The notes below the pieces were generated by a model. The model saw only the letters and a program-made list of their open reading frames with translations. It did no database searches and was not told the DNA's origin. This document shows positions 58,676-64,000 of a stretch of 64,000 bases of DNA, one piece after another. Where the stretch lies: assembly GCF_000372725.1 (NCBI RefSeq), contig NW_005201318.1, positions 102,342 through 166,341 of the forward strand, written 5' to 3'. The position numbers and the translations under genes were made by a program. Positions within the stretch are counted from its first letter, which is position 1; each line of letters starts with the position of its first letter. The DNA comes from Emiliania huxleyi CCMP1516. Taxonomy: Eukaryota.

Positions 58676-59140
58676 CAGTGGGTTGCGGGCATTAAGAAAG
58701 CGTCGCATTAAGAAACCACGCCGAGCGATTTCAAGATTTCTGCAAAAATCTAAGAAACCACGGCGCGCCGCAGGTGCGGCTCCGAGAAAAGGCCAGACAC
58801 GAGTGTGAACGGGAGCTCCCAGCTCGTCAAATGAAAATTTCTCTTCGCCTGCGCGGCGCGCGCACTTGGCATTTTGCAAGTCTGCGGTGTTCTGAGTGAG
58901 CGGTGTGGATGGAGGCGTGTGCGTCTTGAGTCGGTGGCAGACTGGCTGGCGGCATCGGATCCGGGACCGCAGCTCACCTCTTCCGACTATCCGGGGCCGG
59001 CTCTGACCTTTGACCTACCTTGATTGAGTGCCCCGGCCGAAGTTAAGAAACCACGGCGTGGGGTGGGTGAGGGGTGTGGAAAGGCTTAGAAACGGCGGCG
59101 TGCCGCGCAATCCTGTTTTCTTAATGCCCGCAACCCACTG
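58676..59140. mobile_element. Tc1/mariner-type MITE, copy 2
   Basis: Same TIRs and TA flanks; internal sequence homologous to 52568-53041. Confidence 0.92.
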
Positions 59141-59499
59141 TAGCCATCACCTCCTCCGGCAAGTCCTTTTCGCCTATCTTGCCGTCCCTCGGCCCCCTCC
59201 AAGGGGGGGAGGGAATTGCGGGGTCCCCACGGGCGCCTCAGTTCGGCCCTCCCGAGCGAGGGGGGGAGGGGAGCAAGGGGGAGAGATATCTCTCTCTCCA
59301 AGGGGGTGGGGGGATTGGGGTGGTGGGGAGGGGTCTCGGTTTCGTGAGGCTAATACTTGCCTTTCGGGGAGGGGCCTCCGTTGGAAGGCGCGCATGCAGC
59401 CCTACGTCTTGCACACCTGTCGTTGGTGGTCAGTGAAGATGCTCTCTTTGCGGCCAAAGCATTCCAACTCGACAGGTCTATTTTTTGGGACTGTGTCGT

Positions 59500-62400
59500 A
59501 TGTCGGTCGCCAAGGCAGTGATCGGCGGCGGCCTGGCGGCGGCCGTCTACTTTTACGCGCCCTCGGAGCTTGACGCCGACGCGGTGGCCGCTCCCGCCAC
59601 CAGTCGCGCCGCGCCGCCATCGCTCACAACCCCTTGCCGCCGCGCACGCAGGTGGTCCGTACCGTCAAGCCATTTTGCTACGGCATGGCGCTCTTCTGCG
59701 GCGGCATCGCGGCGATCGCCGCGGTGGGCACGCTCGTACTCGGCTCAATGTACGGCTCTCTCATCGAGGGCAACACCTTCAAGATTGACGAGTACGTCCA
59801 CCAGCAGCCGTCCATGGCGCAGCGCGCGCAGGTTGTGCTGCTGAACCGGCTCAACGTGGGGAGCCACGTGGCCAACAAATCGGCGTCGATCGCGCTCGAG
59901 GACGCCGAGTCGCCCTTCGTGCCCTCGCTCCGCGTCACCTCAAAGGCGGGATCGCGCGCCGGCGCGACCGGCTTCAAGGCGCCGGCCGAGGCGATCGTCG
60001 TCGGCACAATCCGGATGGGATTCGGCCACCACCGCATCGCGTACGCGGCGACGTCGTGGGCGCTCGGCGCGGGGCGGCCGACGTACTTCCACGACCTGCT
60101 CAACGTCGACTCGCCCGAAGCCCAGCTGATCATCGACATGGACAAGCTTTACTCCAAAGGCGCAGCCGGGACGCCGCTTCCCACGCACGCACGCACGCAC
60201 GCACGCGCACACGCGCACACGCACACGCACGAGCAAGCAAGCAAGCAAGCGACGCCGTAGCGGCGGCCCCTCGGGCGTCACCCACACTCCCAGACATCGG
60301 CAGCTCTGCTCGACGTGCGAAACCTCCAGCCGACAATACCGTCCCCTCTCCCCTCTCCCTCGCCCACCGGCGCCGCCGCCGGCCGCGCCACTGCTAGGCT
60401 ATTACGGCTCGTAGCACGTCGGAGACAGCAGCAGACACACGCACAGCAGCGACGCGCTGGTGTGCGAGGCGTGTCCTCGCTGCCCCTAGAGGACCCTCCC
60501 CCGTGCCCTCGGACCTCTCCCTCTCCCTCTCCCTCTCCTCTCTCCCTCTTACTCTACCTCTTACCCTCCCTCCTCTCACTCTCCCTCTCACTCTCCCTCC
60601 GCAGGCTCGCGTATGGCGACAGAGCTCGGCGGCCCGGTCGAGAAGCTGTGGGGCATGATCACCAAGAACGGCGACGAGAACTCGCTGCGCGTGTTTTACC
60701 AGATGGCGGAGCACCTGCGGCCGCTCATGCAGGATCTCCGCTGTAGTCCCCTCCCCGAGGCTCACAGGGCGACTCGGGAGCACTCACGGCGCCTCTGTTC
60801 GCCTGCAAAGAACATCATGCGCAGTCATTATCACATTCAAGCTCACCCCATGGCCGCCGGTCCCCTCGTTCTCCATCTTTTCCCTCCCCCCTCCCCCCCC
60901 CCCCCCCCTCGCCTCTCTCCCACCCCGCCTCCCCTCTCCCCTCCTGCGCCCCGCCTCGCAGGCGATCCCCCGCTCCACGCCCATCATCGCGACGCACTGC
61001 TTTGTGGGGATGCTCGCCGTCTCCCTCGGCTTCAAGCATGTCATCAACCTCGTGATCGACAACTATGCGCAGTGGTTCATCGTCGTGCCCGGCGCGTACA
61101 ACCTCGTCCAGGGCCCGTCCAACTACCACAACCTCCTCCGGATGGGAGTCCCGGCCGACCGGTGAGCATGCAATCTCGGGCCATCTCGGCCGATCTCGGC
61201 TGATCTCATGGGAGTCCCGGCCGACCGGTGAGAGAGAAAGAGAGAGAGAGAGAGAGAGGTAGGATGAGAGGGAGAGAGAGAGGGAGAAAGAGAGGGTTTG
61301 GAATCTCCGACGCCCGGTGGAGACACAGCCCTTTCCAGGAGTCACGTGTCTCCAACGACCGGCGGCCGGTAATGAGGGGAGCATGCACCGGCGCGAGATG
61401 CAATCTCGGGCCATCTCGGCCGATCTCGGCTGATCTCGGGGCATCTCGGGGCGTCAGGCTCGTCCTCGCCGGCCACTGGATCCCGAAGGACCTCGTCGAC
61501 AACATCGAGTTCGACTGCGAGCTCCGTCGCCTAGAAGCGGAATCCGTGTTTGTGTATTCCGGCCAGGACTCGGCACGTATTCCGCCGTATTCGACCGTAT
61601 TCCGCGGTCTTCACTGTGTTCGCACCCCTCGCATTCACGCGGTGCTCTGAATACTCTGCACAACACCGCATTCCCGCCCCGATGTTGGCATATTCTCCCC
61701 GTAGGCTTCGGAAGCAGCGCGCGCGCGCGCGCCAGCCGCGCCGCATCCTCATCCCCGTCGGCGGCGCGGGCGCGCAAAAGACTTTCGTGAGCCAGTTCAT
61801 CCAGGCGCTCGGCTCGCACGTGGCCGAGGGCAAGGTGCAGCTCATGCTGAACGCGGGCGACCACGAGCACATGCGCGTCGCCTTCGCCGAGGCGCTCGCG
61901 GCCATCGGCGTCTCGGACTACGCCGTCGTCGACAGCATGGAGGGCGTGCACGAGTACGCGGAGCGCTTGCGGTCGGGAGTCGAGCCGACGCACGCGGTGA
62001 CCCTCTTCGCCTTCAAGCAGTACTTCCCCGCCGTGGCGACGGCCGGCTGGCTGGCCCGCAGTCGGCCCGACGGGAGTGGCGCGAGCGTGGCCGTTGCGTG
62101 TGCGTCTAGGCGACAACCGACGTCCTCTCCCGCGTCGCCGACGTGCTCGCGTGCAAGCCGTCCGAGCTTGCTTTCTACCCGGTGCCCAAGCTGATGATCC
62201 GGCGCGTCGGGGACCATGAGGCGTACTCGGCGCTGCGCGCGTCGGAGCTCGGCGAGCGCCCACTCGAGGTGGGGCGCGCGGGGAAGAGAGCAGCGCCTCT
62301 GTTCATCGCTCTCGAAATGAGCAGGCGATGGAACGCTCGAGCTGCGCGAGGTGGAGGACGCGATGGCGTACATCGCACAGATGGACGCCGGCCCAGACTT

Positions 62401-62654
62401 GCTCCTCACCATGAACAAGTGCAGCCCCCCTCCCTGCCCCTCGCCTCCCGCGTCCCCTCCTGCCCCCATCTCCGGTCTCGGCGGCGCGCACAACGTTCGC
62501 CACCCTGTCCCCGACGCGCCCCCGCGCCCCTGCGACAAGGTGCATCGTCTCCAACAAGAAGTCCGGCTTCTATGACGGCTGCAAGAACGCCGTCGCACTC
62601 GCGACCGAGCTCGCCGCCAGCTCGGAGAAGAGCCTGCCCTTCCTCGCCAACTGA
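59500..62654 (+). CDS. GT-B fold glycosyltransferase-like protein (MGDG-synthase/MurG-like motifs) with N-terminal TM segments; multi-exon
   Basis: RMGFGHHRIAYA, IIATH, NLVIDN, ILIPVGGAGAQ, ADVLACKPSELAFYPVP, VGDHE. Stop TGA at 62652-62654. Confidence 0.7.
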
Positions 62655-63066
62655 GGTGCACTCGACGCGTCACGCGTGCGGAGGGGGGCGCGGGGGCGCG
62701 GAGAGCAGAGGGCCCTCTGGGCGCCACGGCCAGCCGCGGGCAGCGGAGGGCCGTGGCGAGCTCGGGGGGTCTCGCGGGCGCTCTTCATGTCTCCACACAT
62801 GCACATGGCCCACATGCACATGCAGTCGCAGCAACGCGCCGTTGAGCGGTTGTCAAGACAAGCGAAAAATAGCCATATACAAGGAGTCTGAAAGCGCAAA
62901 GCGGGGGGGGGGGGGGGGAGGAGGTAAGGTAAGGTAAGGTAAACTTCTCCACACACACGAGGTGGTGGGGCAAGGGGGGGCAACCCTCGCGTCTCCACGT
63001 CTAACGACAGAGGAGCCCCACGCGCCACGGCATTTAAAGTGCAAGGCCCGGTGCGCGTGGGTGAGC

Positions 63067-64000
<934 letters not shown>

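Overview
Eukaryotic, very GC-rich, intron-containing DNA with two assembly gaps (21526-21996 and 36823-37340), abundant microsatellites and MITE-like repeats. Frequent GC-AG and occasional GA-AG introns and the gene families present suggest a haptophyte alga such as Emiliania/Gephyrocapsa huxleyi (inference). About 17 genes can be supported: two secreted proteins sharing a (G/K)DPH VWD-like C-terminal module, an EF-hand protein with a plastid-type leader, DUF389, a CmcJ/AsaB-type oxygenase, an amino-acid transporter, a kinase/EF-hand/2x cNMP-binding protein, a WW-DEAD-box-CCCH helicase, F-box-like RCC1 and Kelch proteins, a GH45 endoglucanase, cysteine dioxygenase, acyl-CoA thioesterase II and a GT-B-like protein. 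The most striking item is a gene of at least 9 kb encoding a giant modular receptor. Its ectodomain (discoidin-like, beta-helix, Cys-rich repeats) is followed by about 9 TM helices and a C-terminal TIR domain that keeps the catalytic-type Glu (NCLRE), plus a second degenerate TIR-like unit. The TIR is only visible after splicing several non-canonical introns by hand. Just upstream lies a nested-MITE island (30.4-35.2 kb) holding copies of the 5' ends of two neighbouring genes. All exon structures were derived by eye and need RNA-seq confirmation.
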